Origin: Macrostomum lignano
Taxonomy: Eukaryota
Direction: 5' to 3'
Assembly: GCA_002269645.1 (NCBI GenBank)
Contig: NIVC01001679.1
Location: forward strand, 186,001-250,000
DNA length: 64,000 nt
The notes beneath the pieces are model-generated. The model saw nothing but the letters and a program-made list of their open reading frames with translations, had not been told where the DNA came from and ran no database searches. The position numbers and the translations under genes were made by a program. Shown one piece after another: positions 12,030 through 42,860 of this stretch (position 1 is its first letter; every line of letters begins with the position of its first letter).

Positions 12030-12535
12030 ATCAAGACTGAAAAGTACCATAAAAAGCCATGTTAACCAAGCAAGAAGCTTGCCTCCTTCCGCCCTCCCTT
12101 TTTTGATTGTCTCGCTCTCGCCTCCATTAGCTCTTCGATCGCTCTCTAGGAAGTACTTTTGATTGAAACAGTTAGAGTCTCAACCCAGATACCAAAGCTA
12201 ATAACCTTGACCTACTGAAGTTGAATTGACAAACAACCATTTCTCCATAGTAGACTGAACCTTCGGTTCATCCAAACAACCAGAACCATTATAACAGTTG
12301 AATCAATCGAGCTTCTTATTTGGAATACTTCATTTAGACATTGTATTTTGTAAGATACCATCTTGAGATTGTGAACATCAAATACAACGGTCTGTAAGTA
12401 TCCATCGTGTATTTGCATCATCAGGAAAAGTCAGTCGAATCCGCCGCCTAAGTTATTTGGCTCTCACATTGATACTTAAAGTAGAAATAGAGCCATAGGA
12501 GTGAGAGACCACCCACAGCATATTTGAAATATTTC
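12030..12535. other. unclassified AT-richer insertion splitting the LINE ORF
   Basis: LINE coding sequence stops after KAADW (~12535) and resumes near 12020; the intervening sequence has lower GC and no recognisable motif. Boundaries are approximate. Confidence 0.45.
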
Positions 12536-12946
12536 ACCAGTCCGCCGCCTTCCAATGCCAAGTCAGGCGCTCCTCCTCCTTTAAAACCTCTTGTCACCCT
12601 CCGCAGATCAGGATGGGCGCGTGATCCGAGCCGAGCTGCCGCTCTACAGTCAACACAGGCCTCCACTGCCCCGGAAGACGACCAATGCTGTACCACGTGA
12701 CGTCTGGAGCACTCGGCTGCTCCATGCCTCTACCACGCCTGGTCGGGGACTCATCATTCAGCAGGGTTACGTCCCTTTCTTCAATCCACTCCTCGAGCAG
12801 GTGGGAGCAGCTCACTGCGGGCGTCAGCACGTGCATCCGTATTCCAGCTGCTGCTTTGCGCATTAGCGTCGTCCATCCAGAGGCCCCATTCACCCTCCGG
12901 CCACTTCCGCATCTGCGCTATCGCCACGTCCTCTCCCGGGCTCTTC

Positions 12947-12949
12947 AGC

Positions 12950-13021
<72 letters not shown>

Positions 13022-13285
13022 GTGACCTCGGCCCGGAACCGTCAGGCGATCCACTGCGGGTGAGCCGCCCTGAGGAACCTCACCACCATGTTCTCCTTCC
13101 TGAGATCTTCCAACTCCTTCAAACCGATACGCTTACGAAAACCGCGCGCACCTCCACCAGTGATATTTATCTTCCATATCATCACATTCTTCGCATACAC
13201 TCTCTCCTTCCAGTCCCACCTTCTGTCTCCAATACTTGGCGTATTTACAGTGGCCCCTTCTGAGCTGCGATACGATGCTGCTATC
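12947..13285 (-). mobile_element. 3' end of a second I-group-like LINE with (CAA)n tail
   Basis: SQLRRGHC...CEECDDMEDKYHWWRC (C-terminal zinc finger) followed on the minus strand by ~25 CAA units, seen as (GTT)n at 12947-13021. Confidence 0.7.
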
Positions 13286-13286
13286 G

Positions 13287-14350
13287 CGGTTGCAGCCTGT
13301 GCTGGATCCGTACCTGCGTCCTGAGCAGAACGGCTTCCAGCCCCATCGCGGCACAGTGACGCAGATCCTGGCTCTTCGGCGAGTCATCAAGGAAGCACTG
13401 ATACGCCAGTCGATCCTGATTGTTATCTTCATAGATTTCAAGAAGGCATGCTGTTTCGAAGGATGGTGTTAAGGACTTTGGCCAGAGTGCATTCTAGGGC
13501 TATGCCGCGGAAGTAGTTGAGGCCGCTAGATTTGCTCTGCTTGGGAATGGTGGCCACGATCTTAGAAGTTCTCCATCGCTCTGGGGCACTAGCAGCAGTT
13601 GAGTCCCCGTCCAGGCAGCAAAAGCGGTTGAGGATTCCAATGATGACAGGCAGCAGCTCGGGCATCTTCAGGACACGCGGTAGGATGTCATCGATTCCCG
13701 CTGCTGCATCAGCCCGCATGGTTCTTAGGGCCTTGGAGACTTCATCCATGGAAATCGGAGCGCAATTGAAGTCGGATGGGCAGGCAGGTGGAAAGCCATC
13801 GAGCGTTGATGATAGCATTCGGCGTGGCTCGCCGTCCTGTGAGGCGGTTGATGGTGCGCCAGGCTGCAGCATGGCGGCAGTTGTCAGTGGCAGCCTTGAT
13901 CTGCGTGCTGCAGACTGTCCAAGGACCACACCCGCCTCGACTGGATTCTCTGCCCAATGTCGCAGAGAGCCATTCGTACTCGTAACATCACCCTGAAATG
14001 CATCCCATCCGACCACACTCTCCTGTGCTGCAGACTGGACCTTCGGACCTTCAGGAAGCCGGCCAGTCCCCTGCCCTAATGGGATGCACTTAAAAATTCT
14101 GAAATCAGATCGAACTTCCGACTCGGGGCTCCGCCTTGACAGCTGCTACGACAGCCTTTCCGTAGCAGTCGCTTCTGCGGCAGTGCAGTGCTCCCCAGGA
14201 GGCAACCGCGGCACACTGGAACTCTCACCCGGATGTCATCAGAGCCCGGCCAGACATGCAGACTGGTCTCTGTATGCGTTTCATTTAACACTTCCCTGAT
14301 GTAAATGCTTGGATCCGGTCTTTGCAGGAGTAAAATCCATCGGAGTGATT
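13287..14350. mobile_element. RTE-like LINE fragment with an internal inversion
   Basis: Minus strand 14016-13453: PISMDEVSKAL..AAGIDDI..WRTSKIVATIPK..FRGIALECTLAKVLNTILRN. The direct continuation RLQPVLDPYLRPEQNGF...IFIDFKKA is on the plus strand at 13287-13447. Confidence 0.72.
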
Positions 14351-15146
14351 GCATGAGGGCGACTGAGTTATCACAAGCTGCATGGGTGTGCCTACCTAAT
14401 GTGAACTAACGGGAAGGAGTGTTAGCACTGTGTTGAACTTTCATTTAATTAACAAATTTAATTTACTTCAATCTGATATTCCAAATCAGGACTGGAATCT
14501 AAAATCTTCCAAAAACAAAACTCATGGAGACGTCTACTCAACTGTTCTCTCTTATATCTCATCTCTCCTTCAAGTCGTAGACATGTAGGTATACTACTTT
14601 GTATTATCAAGGGTTACGCTTTAGTCCACTGTACTCTATAGATACATTTTACGTAGCTAGAGGCTTATATCCCTGTGAATTGAGAAACTCAGCTTTCTGA
14701 TCCAGATCAATAATCCCTTTGTTCAATCTAATATAAAGTCAAAATGTTCGTTCACATCCCGGAATCCCCGGCAGCCGAGTCAAGTAAGGCTAATGACAAG
14801 TTGAAAATGAGCCGTTCAGTCCCGAAAAAATCAAATCGAAGCTCACATATTTGAATGCGATTGAGTAAGTTAATTGATTTGCTTTTGTATTTAATGATCT
14901 TTAATAAACAGAAACTTTAGCGGCTCACCACCACTGGCACATCAGAAGCGCGCCAACGCATTCCCGAAAGTCCTGCTTCTGGCCAAATTGTCGCAAAAAC
15001 TAAAAAAGAATATAAATTACTGTAACAGTATTACAAGATTTTTAAAAAAATTGTTTATTAAAAGTTTCTTAGGTCGGCTCATTCACAAGCATCAGGCGAT
15101 GTCGCTGATCAGTTAAGCAGCTGCTCGAATCGAAGCTGCAGAATAT

Positions 15147-16120
15147 TTATTCCTTATAAATGAGCAGCTCGAATGTTTTCATATAAGAGCTGATTGTCAG
15201 CACGGTTCCCGAGTCGTACAGGTAGTAGAATATGCCATCTTGTTTGTTGTCTGAGTACAACTTGTAGATTCCGTTCGGGTTGATGGCCGTGCAATATCCA
15301 TACCAGCAGCCGGCCGACTTCTCAGCAGCGCAGCTGCCATGAGTGTGTGCGTCATTGTCATATTCGGGTGTGCTGAACTGCCAGCCGTTCGGCAGGACGT
15401 TCGGATGAGTCCGCTGTCCGACAATCGACCTGCTCGCGTCCAGAGGTCCCATCGAGCACCTGTACTTATCGGCCACTGGGCCAACAGAGAACGGAGCATT
15501 CTCAGCCCAGTACCAGGTGCCGTTCCAGTCGCTGAACTCCCAACGGACTCTCCACACTCCAGTGGCGGTGAGCTGGTGGAGCTGCTCCAGTCCCATCCAG
15601 TAGTTGAGTCTCTGGCCCTGACCGAATCCGTTCACGTAGTCCCCCCAGTTCCGGTTGAAGCTGACGGAGCCGTCGACTCTGTGCTGGAACGTCGTCCAGC
15701 AGCCCAACGGCTCCTTGAACTGAAATTAACAAGAGATGAAGTTTCGCATGAGAGCTCTGTTACAACTCGGCAGTATCCTGATCACTGAGCTGTGCTACTC
15801 ACCCACAGCTTCGCCAGGCCAGGATCTCCCTCGTGCCGGCACTTTCGGCAGGCGTCCTTGCTGCCTCGGTGGCACACCAGCAGGGTGCAGTCACCCGACT
15901 CAGCGCTGAATGAGACAGCGTGAGCAGCTTCGGCCGCATCGGAACTGCTCAGACAGTCGATCTTGCTATCACTCTTGAGCACTCGCAGAACCCTGTACTC
16001 GGAGATGTCACCAGACTGCAGCTTCCATTTCGAGAGGGAATTAGAAGAGTCAGCTGGCTCAGCAACCACTGCTAAGGCGATTGCAAACACCCAACAGGTA
16101 AGCCGCAGTTCGGGACTCAT
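15147..16120 (-). CDS. secreted PAN-like + fibrinogen-related domain protein (FREP-like), 296 aa; exons 16120-15803 and 15719-15147
   Basis: ATG plus signal peptide MSPELRLTCWVFAIALAVVA; 83-bp phase-0 intron GTGAGT...TTTCAG joins AKLW to FKEPLGCW; complete FReD through YMKTFELLIYKE*. Confidence 0.9.
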
Positions 16121-16693
16121 TTGTTAGCTCTATTGGGTGTCATAAAGAGAATACCGATATGGGAATCTTATGAGCTTTGATTGCACCTCGCAAGTGAGTT
16201 TTCCCCAGCTAAACTGACTTGTATTTATACACACTAATGAATGCGATGCCTGCTTTAACTGAAAGCTTTTCACTGCAAATCTTCTGAATGCCGAATGTGT
16301 CGCATTGAAGCCCCCGACAAAGGCTTCCAAACTGGGACCGGTTGCTTCATTTGCCTTTTAGAGGCTGTAGAGATGTTTGGCTATTATGAAAAACTGCTCA
16401 TTGATGAGGCGTTTTGAAGCTGCGATGCTTTGCATTCATTTCCAGCTCCTAGACAACAGACAGCAGTTCCAGCTCATTAGCTGCTTAGATAGAAGCTCCA
16501 TTGTTGATCTGCATTGTGCAGTTCCCCTATTGTCTTCTTTTAGGCTTTCACAGTAACAGAATTCAGCTCTTTTCGAAAGGATCTCGACACGTTTCCTGTT
16601 AGAGAGGCAGGGGATCTGGGAGGGTGGCGTGTTAAATAGAAAATTTAAAACAACTTGAATTAACTCGAAAGAAACATGATTATTTAGTATGCA

Positions 16694-16878
16694 CCGTCAG
16701 CTTCAACCGGAACTGGGGGGACTACGTGAACGGATTCGGTCAGGGCCAGAGACTCAACTACTGGATGGGACTGGAGCAGCTCCACCAGCTCACCGCCACT
16801 GGAGTGTGGAGAGTCCGCTGGGAGTTCAGCGACTTTAACTGTAATTGGCACTGGCCTGAGAATGCTCCGTTCTTTGTT
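16694..16878 (+). pseudogene. third FReD gene fragment (internal part of exon 2)
   Basis: VSFNRNWGDYVNGFGQGQRLNYWMGLEQLHQLTATGVWRVRWEFSDFNCNWHWPENAPF; homology ends abruptly on both sides. Confidence 0.85.
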
Positions 16879-17106
16879 CTCGATTTGATTTTTGAACTGC
16901 TCAAGAAACTGCTTTCCGCCAATTTTAACTTCCCAATGGCCACCTGGCCCCCTCAAGTTTTTTTTACGTGATTTTCCGGTAGAAGGCATTTCTGCAGGAT
17001 TTCCAGGGCTTTTTTCGGAGATTTCGAAGTGCGGTACAGATACAAGCACATACTGGAAGTTGCTAGTACGAGTATGTGCATATTTGTAGTATGTGCGTGG
17101 ATATAA

Positions 17107-17710
17107 AGTAGCTCAGAGTAGTTCAGAGTAGCTCAGAGTAGCTCAGAGTAGCTCAGAGTAGCTCAGAGTAGTTTAGAGTAGCTCAGAGAGTAGTTCAGAG
17201 TAGCTCAGAGTGGCTCAGAGTAGCTCAGAGTAGCTCAGAGTAGCTCAGAGTAGCTCAGAGTGGCTCAGAGTAGCCCAGAGTAGCCCAGAGTAGCTCAGTG
17301 TAGTTCAGAGTAGCTCAGAGTAGTTTAGAGTAGCTCAGAGTAGTTTAGAGTAGCTCAGAGTAGTTCAGAGTAGCTCAGAGTGTAGCTCAGTGTGGCTCAG
17401 AGTAGCCCAGAGTAGCCCAGAGTAGCTCAAAGTAGCTCAGAGTAGCTCAGAGTAGCCCAGAGTAGCTCAGTGGCTCAGAGTAGCCCAGAGTAGCCCAGAG
17501 TAGCCCAGAGTAGCTCAGAGTAGCTCAGAGTAGCTCAGAGTAGCTCAGAGTAGCCCAGAGTAGCTCAGTGGCTCAGAGTAGCCCAGAGTAGCCCAGAGTA
17601 GCCCAGAGTAGCTCAGAGTAGCTCAGAGTAGCCCAGAGTAGCTCAGTGGCTCAGAGTAGCCCAGAGTAGCCCAGAGTAGCTCAGAGTAGCTCAGAGTAGC
17701 TCAGAGTAGC
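17107..17710. repeat. 10-bp tandem repeat (AGTAGCTCAG)n, ~60 units
   Basis: Directly visible, with GTAGCCCAGA/GTGGCTCAGA variants. Confidence 0.95.
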
Positions 17711-18179
17711 GCGGGACAGCTCAGGCAGTAGTATCTAAGTTGCTGACTGGTTTATAAATGCATCTCGTCCTACTGATTTTGACAATACAATACTCGTATG
17801 TACGACCGCACTAATTAATGCTATCCATCAGCTACAGCTGTTTTAATGACCAGATTTACTTCGCGAGATAAGGTTGTTAAATATTTCTGCAGTAAGTTTG
17901 TATAGGTCAAACTTGAAATTAAATACCTGCCGCAGCTTAAAAAGTTGCGCAAGAATTGAACAGTATACTAATCTTCTAAGTTCGAGATTAAAATTAAGAT
18001 TTCACTGACATGTGAACCTCGCATCACAGGTAGGCTAAACTATCTAAGACTGTGCGTGCCTATAGTTTGTTTACAAAAGCAACACCGAGGGGTATTAATA
18101 CCTGCTAAACAGGCCGTCTGTTAGACCAATAGGTCGGCACCTTTTTGAATCTCTAAACATAGTTAACCTTTATTGAACA

Positions 18180-22117
<3,938 letters not shown>

Positions 22118-22397
22118 CCGATGAAGAGGTTGAATAGTTTCATTGAGACCGCTTATCAGGAACCGCTATTAATCAATAAGTGATGGAGACTTCTGACAGT
22201 TCTGATTCTGAGACTTCCTCTTGGTATTTAAATTTTATACGTAAAACATAATGTAACCTGCTAGTGATAAATTCTCTCTGATTAATAATAAAATTTCGAG
22301 TATCCTGACGAAGGCAACGATTTGGCCGAAAATTTGGTCGTCTACTTTATAAACAAAACAAATTTCTCTCACTGTGTGTGCGGTTTTTAAATTAATT

Positions 22398-28734
<6,337 letters not shown>

Positions 28735-29358
28735 ATCTGTAAGCATGAAATCAATGCCAACTGGTTTGGATACAGGGCTGCTAGCTTCAGAACTTCAGAA
28801 CCGCGCGACAACCGGTTCTGGAAGGAAAATAGTACAGATCAACAAAAATGCTTTTCCGCGCACGTCTGCCTATCAACGTTCACTAGCAATTCACGTGCTT
28901 CGCTGTACTTCTACTCGAGTACTCTTCACTTCACTCAGCCAGCATCTTCTGTCCCCCTGTTCCCTCTCTGACCCGTTTCTATTGCAGGCGAGGGGGGGGT
29001 GGTTGGCTGGCCAATGGAAAAGCGACCCACGGCTCTTAACGTACTACGGAATTCCTGACTCACACAGTACAAGCAGCTCTTTCCCTCCTCTTACTAGTGG
29101 ACCCTCACCCTCCTGGGTTGAAGGGGTTGTCTGCTTGGCATTTACATTGCATTCAGTATAGAAGCTCTTGCTTGATGACTATTTTAGGAAAGTAAAGGAG
29201 AGAGACAGATTCGACAGCGTAGAGGTTTGTGAGGTGGAAATACGTTTCTAAGAATTTCCCTAAGGCAATCACGTGTGGTTTAACTGCAGAATCCGGAGTG
29301 GAATTTCGTCAGTTCAGTCTATCAATCATTCAATCTGTCTGTTAGAAACTAAAAAAGC

Positions 29359-29493
29359 ATGCCAACTAGTCCGAATCATTCCGAGGATAAGAATTCAACT
29401 GGATTTCCAATGGATCAGGAGATCGATAATGACACTGGCGACCCATGTGACGATGCGATGACTCGATCATACAATGTTGGAAAGTCTTACGAG
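29359..29493 (+). CDS. candidate first coding exon of the SLC6 gene
   Basis: ATG-initiated hydrophilic 45-codon segment (MPTSPNHSEDK...GKSYE) ending at a phase-0 donor GAG|GTCAGT, which is compatible with the phase-0 acceptor at 32619/32620. No homology support. Confidence 0.3.
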
Positions 29494-29690
29494 GTCAGTT
29501 GGGTCAGGGTTGCTATGACAACGCGTGTGTGTGTGCATGGGGGAATGGATTATTTTCAATTTGCAATGAATTGAGGAGTATTGGCATTATCCTTTATTCC
29601 AAAATGGCTCATCGCCTCATCAGAGAGATCAAAGTTTACCTCAGAGGAGCCTTTCAGTAGGCTGACCTTACGGGTGGAAAATGTCCCCAG

Positions 29691-30236
29691 TGTCCCCAGT
29701 GAGTACTGTCCCCAGTGAGTACTGTCCCCAGTGAGTACTGTCCCCAGTGAGTACTGTCCCCAGTGAGTACTGTCCCCAGTGAGTACTGTCCCAGTGAGTA
29801 CTGTCCCCAGTGAGTACTGTCCCCAGTGAGTACTGTCCCCAGTGAGTACTGTCCCCAGTGAGTACTGTCCCCAGTGAGTACTGTCCCCAGTGAGTACTGT
29901 CCCCAGTGAGTACTGTCCCCAGTGAGTACTGTCCCCAGTGAGTACTGTCCCCAGTGAGTACTGTCCCCAGTGAGTACTGTCCCCAGTGAGTACTGTCCCC
30001 AGTGAGTACTGTCCCCAGTGAGTACTGTCCCCAGTGAGTACTGTCCCCAGTGAGTACTGTCCCCAGTGAGTACTGTCCCCAGTGAGTACTGTCCCCAGTG
30101 AGTACTGTCCCCAGTGAGTACTGTCCCCAGTGAGTACTGTCCCCAGTGAGTACTGTCCCCAGTGAGTACTGTCCCCAGTGAGTACTGTCCCCAGTGAGTA
30201 CTGTCCCCAGTGAGTACTGTCCCCAGTGAGTACTGT
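29691..30236. repeat. 16-bp tandem repeat (TGTCCCCAGTGAGTAC)n, ~34 units
   Basis: Directly visible; almost perfectly homogeneous. Confidence 0.96.
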
Positions 30237-32024
30237 TCCCCTTAGGATAGTTTCAGTAAGGTTTCACTTTCATCTTTTCGTGTTTTTTTGCTTTTCTAAT
30301 TGTCATTATCTGTGTTGTTAATTGAAAATGTCGTTTTTCTAATAGTAATTTTGGTATTAATGGATTCATTCTTTAATTTGAAAAAACCTAATTTAGTATT
30401 GAGACTGTTTATTCTTAAAGCTTAGTATAGAGAAGCACAGACTCCGTTTTCTAATGCGCCCTTGTACAATAGGCATAATAGCCAAAGAAACAACCCCCCC
30501 AAGCGCCTAACTTCGCACGCCCCTGCACGCAATTCTTGTCAAGAGTATATAATATATACTGCATGTAGCATTGTCGTAGTATATTTAGTTTAGTATAGAA
30601 CCACGTGACTTGACTTCGCAAAGATAATTTGCTATTGCTTGCACAGCGCTGAACGGGGTTTTTGGCCATAGACGAATTCGGTATAGAGAAAATGCACTAA
30701 AGAGACAGGAACAGCTGACATTTCGCGGGAACCTCGCTTGCTTTGCAGTTGCAGGTCTCTGCCACAGATAGCAAACTTTTTACACTCCCTTCTATTCGTA
30801 TGCCCACAGAAGCGGTTAATGTTGTCTTGGCCCATCTTGTCTTGTGGATAGATGATCATTGGAATTTGGTGTAGGGGGGTATTGGTTCTTTTACCCACCA
30901 ATATATAATATATAATAATCTTTAATATTCTCTATTCTCTATAAATTAGATTTCTTGAGTCCACTAGTCGAGTCCATGGGAGCCATGACTAGTCGAGTCC
31001 ATGCCACCGTGGACCCATGGTCCATAGTCGCGTATTTTTCCAGTAGTGGAATGCCTGACTAGTCCGCGCAAATGGGCTGCTCCAACCGCGCCTTTCCACA
31101 CTACCCTCCCCCCCCCAATTTTATTGCCTTTCTCGGAATTCCAGCCTAAAGCTTCCATGTACATTTCAGTGGACTGGCTAATGTACATTATTGCTGAACC
31201 TATTACTATTAGCAAGTTGTTTACGCGCCTGCAAGCTTGGTCTTCTCGTAACTTATTAGTCATTTCAGCTGCCTTTATTTTTATAAAATAGCTCATGTAT
31301 TCTTCTTTGCTACTGAACTAAAAGTAGAAAGCTGCTTTACTAAGTATTTACAAAGTATACGAGCCTGCATCCTGAGTGGCCCATCGAGTTATTCTAGCGC
31401 CTGTGGTTTCTTATAGGAGCACGAGAATTTCCCGCAGGAAGTTTTCCCGCCGAGGTTTCCCGAGCTTTTCCCGCAGCGAGCTTTTCCCGCAGCGAGCTTT
31501 TCCGCGAGCTAAAAAATACTAGACTAGATTAAGATTAGAATTAGACTAGACTAGATTTCAAATCCGATTGGATTTGACTTGAAATTCCGACTGGAAAAAC
31601 CCTGCGGCAAAACCTCGGCGCGCAATTCTCATAGACCCGGAAGATGAGGAGAGGGAGGAGAGAAGGGAGAGGAGAGCGGAGGACAGGAGAAAAAAAGAGA
31701 AGAGAACCGAGAAGAGACACAAACCGGCCGGATTGCTATTGTGAATTTTCAAAGGACCCGAGGGCAGGATAGAGAGGCGTGGTGATTACGTAACGTACGC
31801 ACTCGCATGTCCACACGTTGTAGAGAGAGTTGTGCAACTTGTAAGACAGATTTAGAGATGTTGCAGTGTTTGCCTGTCTATCTGAACCTCAGGTCTTTTG
31901 AAACTTCGCAATAGCAATCCGGCCGCTCGAGGTTTCTGTCTATTCTCAGCTCTCTTCTATTCTCTTCTCTCCCCTTTCTTTTTCTCACTCCACTCTTCTC
32001 TTTTCTCTCCTTTCCTTCTCCGTT

Positions 32025-32375
32025 CTTTTTCTCTCCTCTCCTCTCCTCTCCTCTCCTCTCCTCTCCTCTCCTCTCCTCTCCTCTCCTCTCCTCTCCTCTC
32101 CTCTCCTCTCCTCTCCTCTCCTCTCCTCTCCTCTCCTCTCCTCTCCTCTCCTCTCCTCTCCTCTCCTCTCCTCTCCTCTCCTCTCCTCTCCTCTCCTCTC
32201 CTCTCCTCTCATCTCCTCTCCTCTCCTCTCCTCTCCTCTCCTCTCATCTCCTCTCCTCTCCTCTCCTCTCCTCTCCTCTCATCTCCTCTCCTCTCCTCTC
32301 CTCTCCTCTCCTCTCCTCTCCTCTCCTCTCCTCTCATCTCATCTCATCTCATCTCATCTCATCTCATCTCATCTC
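32025..32375. repeat. (CTCTC)n/(CATCT)n pentanucleotide repeat
   Basis: Directly visible. Confidence 0.95.
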
Positions 32376-32619
32376 CTCTACTTTTCTCTCCCTTCTCTCC
32401 TCCTCTCGAGCCATGAGCGCGATCACTTATCTGACCCGTGAGTTAAAAAAGTTTGCCGAACCCTGCTTTATAGTGTCTTACGAGTATCTTAAAGTACATT
32501 TTGACTCTTCGGCCAGTATAGTATTATTATTATAGTATTATCATTCGGTTTTATTATCTCCATCAATCTAAATCGCTACCGGATTTACTCTACAAAATTA
32601 AACGTTCAAATCACCTTAG

Positions 32620-42276
<9,657 letters not shown>

Positions 42277-42460
42277 CTGCAAACTGCCATGAACACCGAA
42301 TTGAGAACGTGATTGACCTTAAGGTGAAAATTAACCATTTTTAAATGGCCTCATGGTGAGTCAATCAGATGATGGCCTCTTTAAGGGCAACCGGCAAAGC
42401 TCTTGTCTACACAGGCGAGGCCCTTGTCTAACACAATTGGGAACTGTTAGACAAGATCTA

Positions 42461-42860
42461 GTGCCACCTGTTAGACAGGAATGTCACCTGTTAGACAAGA
42501 GTGTCACCTGTTGGACAGGAGTGCTACCTGTTGGACAGGAGTGTCACCTGTTAGATAGGAGTGTCACCTGTTAGATAGGAGAGTTACCTGTTAGACAGGA
42601 GGGTCACCTGTTAGACAGGAGGGTCACCTGTTAGACAGGAGTGTCACCTGTTAGATAGGAGAGTTACCTGTTAGACAGGAGGGTCACCTGTTAGACAGGA
42701 GGGTCACCTGTTAGACAGGAGTGTCACCTGTTAGATAGGAGAGTTACCTGTTAGACAGGAGGGTCACCTGTTAGACAGGAGGGTCACCTGTTAGACAGGA
42801 GTGTCACCTGTTAGACAGGAGTGTTACCTGTCAGACAAGATCGAATGTCACCTGTTAAAA
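42461..42860. repeat. 20-bp tandem repeat (GTGTCACCTGTTAGACAGGA)n
   Basis: Directly visible, 3' of the SLC6 stop codon. Confidence 0.93.

Larger units (their letters stand above)
9690..12945 (-). mobile_element. decayed RNase H-containing non-LTR retrotransposon (I-group-like), interrupted by two insertions
   Basis: Minus-strand fragments in correct order: endonuclease end (LLNDESPTR...GSDHAPIL), WHWKAADW, RT (PGPDEVHPQLLKQL; VLSPVLFLIYINDV; LFADDLVL; IKYLGVYIDRRLTF), RNase H (IYMYTDGS..GGAG; SSTQAELATIKAA), zinc-knuckle remnant EDLEHFIIQC, and an A/CAA-rich tail near 9690-9715. Multiple frameshifts. Confidence 0.8.

Noticed and set aside
28745-29161. 138-aa ORF after the GATA array
   Set aside because: No recognisable motif, coding-like composition or splice context.
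29691-30236. CRISPR-like array (also considered for 21241, 36811, 40675, 52240, 58049)
   Set aside because: Units are head-to-tail with no unique spacers, the context is eukaryotic, and there are no cas genes.
32413-32437. ATG mini-exon as the SLC6 first exon
   Set aside because: Ends in phase 1, whereas the only good acceptor (32619/32620) is phase 0.
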